Shown here piece by piece: positions 14,455 to 16,187 of a stretch of 16,187 bases of DNA. Below the pieces are notes generated by a model, which was given only the letters and a program-made list of their open reading frames with translations, was not told the origin of the DNA and did no database searches. Where the stretch lies: NCBI GenBank assembly GCA_034006405.1, contig JAVESW010000020.1, positions 1 to 16,187 of the forward strand, in the 5' to 3' direction. Origin of the DNA: Candidatus Methanomethylophilaceae archaeon (GTDB lineage Archaea; Thermoplasmatota; Thermoplasmata; Methanomassiliicoccales; Methanomethylophilaceae). The first letter of the stretch is position 1; each line of letters begins with the position of its first letter. A program made the position numbers and the translations under genes.

Positions 14455-14585
14455 GACTGCGGGCCGACTCGCAAGGCAAAGCCTTGCTCGGCTGAGGCCA
14501 TCCCTTGGGGGCAGCCCGCCTCAGCTAAGATCGCCGGTTATGCCGTCGATCCGCCTCCGCGCCGGATCACAAACACTTCCCGCAC
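14455..14585. repeat. GC-rich structured repeat block in AT-rich surroundings, related to the nested segment at 2091-2170
   Basis: It shares gcaaggcaaagccttgctcggctgagg with 2106-2132 (gcaaggcaaatccttgctccgctaagg). It also contains an internal hairpin: gctgaggc, a loop, then gcctcagc. ORF 14362..14592 across it is low-complexity. Confidence 0.5.
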
Positions 14586-14872
14586 CCCATAATCAAGGAT
14601 TTGCAGCACTAAAAATACAATTTAATTGGTATTATTAGTGCAATCCATTGAATTTTTGTGCAAGATGAATATTTTTAGTGCCAACAGATTTTTAACAAGC
14701 AAATATTTATGATAGTGGAAATGAAAGTATCAACTATAGTTGAATTTAGTAACTTTGTTCAACTTGTCACAAAGAAATTCTTGTATTTGTTTCTAAATAT
14801 CCTAAGAGGGGATATACAGAACATAAAATACATTATAAATCATCTGTAAAATTTAAATTATGGAGATAAAAA

Positions 14873-15016
14873 ATGAAAGACGGTAAAGGTGCAATTAAAG
14901 ACAGAGATCAAGTTTACAATTCAAAAACAGGTCGATGGGTTAAAAGAGATGAAAATGGAAAATTTATGAGTGTAAAATTTGATGATAAACCATACAAGAG
15001 TGTGAGAAAGAAATAA
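14873..15016 (+). CDS. Small basic hypothetical protein (47 aa: MKDGKGAIKDRDQVYNSKTGRWVKRDENGKFMSVKFDDKPYKSVRKK)
   Basis: ATG at 14873 is preceded by GGAG at 14862-14865 with a 7-nt spacing. The frame is clean and ends at TAA 15014-15016. It is not in the ORF track because of its size. It sits alone in a ~2-kb AT-rich gene-poor tract. Confidence 0.4.
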   Translation: MKDGKGAIKDRDQVYNSKTGRWVKRDENGKFMSVKFDDKPYKSVRKK

Positions 15017-15289
15017 TTCTTATCAAATTATCAATAACTGATAAAATCGAATTGTACGAGTTGTTTTTAATATCATAAGATAAACTTGTTTTTAAATACA
15101 AATATATATGGTGCTTATTGGGGTATCCTAATTATAGATTACAGCACACGATGATGAAATATCTCTCACCTAAATTAGGATGATTGTGAGAGAGAGATAA
15201 TATAATAAAAATAATCCGTGATGATACATCTTGCGTCCATTTTTTCATATATCCAATGCACAAAGAAACCACACACCCCGAAATCAGAA

Positions 15290-15490
15290 AATGAATAATA
15301 AACAAAAAGAAAAACCCGCACGCGGGTTTGTCCCCAGCATTTTTCCAGACGGCGTGCGATTCCTGCGTAGGCGATCAGCCGGAGCAGAGCACGACGGCGC
15401 AAGGAAAATGCGATTCGCGTTAATTCGCGGAGATTCGCGGTTCTTTTATTTTTGAGCCACACCTAACATTACATGAAATCGAAGTACACT
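15290..15490 (-). repeat. Diverged single-arm copy (minus orientation) of the terminal part of the 1976-2504 inverted-repeat element
   Basis: The reverse complement of 15469-15487 (gtgtacttcgatttcatg) matches the element terminus gtacttcgatttcgtg (1976-1991). The reverse complement of about 15420-15450 (aaagaaccgcgaatctccgcgaatt...) matches aaaaccaaccgcgaatcggcgcgaat (about 2025-2052). The block is GC-rich in AT-rich context and ends with the hairpin cccgcacgcggg plus a T-run on the minus strand (15303-15330). ORFs 15175..15462 (-) and 15231..15455 (+) over it are likely spurious. Confidence 0.5.
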
Positions 15491-16056
15491 TCATAAAACA
15501 ATAACTCCAAAATTCATCCAAAAATATCATCTTGAATCTTCTTATAGCACCCCTCTAAAAACTGCCCGATATAATTTTTATGCGCGGTTAATTTTCTCAC
15601 TCTTATCTGCGAAATCCAAAATAATCGATCATAATTATTCAGAACCTGCCGTTTCGTAATGAATTTCTATCTATATATTAATGCCTCATCTCACCAAACA
15701 CTATTCTAAAATTCCTATCGTACAAAAAATATGCATATATTTATACGTATCGAATTGAATTTTATATATGTAATGTTAAATTATAACTCAATTTATGAAT
15801 TATCAAAAAACAGCGTCTTAAATGATCAAATACTAAACGTAAATCTTGAAGGTATTGGATTGATATTTCCAGATGTAAGTCCCGAACCAATCATCAAAAT
15901 TCTCATTCCCATATTCATAGGGATAATTGGCATACTGCTTCTACAGTTCCCCAGAACAAACTAGGATCAGGGTCGCACTGAATCTTAGTTATAATCTGGT
16001 TCCCCATTTTGAATATACTACTTTATCCCCCTTCACCCCAAATAGTACCCACACCA

Positions 16057-16187
16057 ATGAAAGGCGGAGAAGAAGAATTCAAATATAAACAGTGCCTCAT
16101 CCTCAGAAGCGACCTAAAACTCAGCTGCGGAAAAATGTGTGCCCAGGCAGCCCATGCCTCCATCGGCGCCTACGAAAAAGCCTCCCT
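16057..16187 (+). CDS. pth2: Peptidyl-tRNA hydrolase, archaeal/eukaryotic Pth2 type (5' part; continues past the window end)
   Basis: Translation [43 protein letters not shown] matches the conserved Pth2 N-terminus (compare the Pth2 pattern ...VIRxDLxMGKGKxAAQxxHAxxxAY...). TATA-like aatatact lies about 40 nt upstream. Confidence 0.7.
   Translation, partial: MKGGEEEFKYKQCLILRSDLKLSCGKMCAQAAHASIGAYEKAS

Noticed and set aside
14455-14585. Possible tRNA or other small structured RNA in the GC-rich block
   Set aside because: No cloverleaf-compatible arrangement or conserved T-loop/D-loop elements are recognisable. The block is better explained as a copy of the dispersed hairpin repeat. An Rfam or tRNAscan check would settle it.
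15175-15462. ORFs 15175..15462- and 15231..15455+
   Set aside because: They sit on the GC-rich diverged repeat copy, are Arg-rich and low-complexity, and mirror each other. They are more likely noncoding repeat sequence.

Overview
The window looks archaeal, probably from a methanogen-type euryarchaeon: promoters are TATA/BRE-like, transcripts appear leaderless, terminators are poly-T runs, and it carries an archaeal-type Pth2 and an archaeal ESCRT-like gene set. The main feature is a divergently transcribed cluster at 2598-9864. The minus-strand arm encodes two small coiled-coil proteins with ESCRT-III/Snf7-PspA-like architecture, an SPFH/Band-7 (flotillin-like) protein capped by zinc ribbons, and a tightly coupled small Cys-rich ORF. 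The plus-strand arm is translationally coupled and encodes a hypothetical protein, a TPR+zinc-ribbon protein, a Vps4/CdvC-like AAA+ ATPase with an N-terminal MIT domain, and a Sel1-repeat+zinc-ribbon protein. Together these look like an ESCRT-III/Vps4-type membrane-remodelling module with an SPFH scaffold and zinc-ribbon-tethered TPR/Sel1 adaptors. Upstream at 215-1795 is an AbiEi/AbiEii type IV toxin-antitoxin pair, separated from the cluster by a ~530-bp imperfect inverted-repeat element (1976-2504) with a nested small hairpin repeat. Related GC-rich repeat copies occur at 9990-10006, 14455-14585 and 15290-15490. Downstream of the cluster lie a degraded IS5-family transposase remnant (9865-10474) and then a visibly AT-richer island (~10500-14150). 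The island carries a zinc-ribbon-TIR-44-aa-repeat-transmembrane protein and a second Sel1+zinc-ribbon paralog with a different codon style. The window ends with a ~2-kb gene-poor AT-rich tract containing one small Shine-Dalgarno-led ORF, then the start of a Pth2 peptidyl-tRNA hydrolase gene. All functional calls are from motif and architecture recognition by eye; no database searches were possible.
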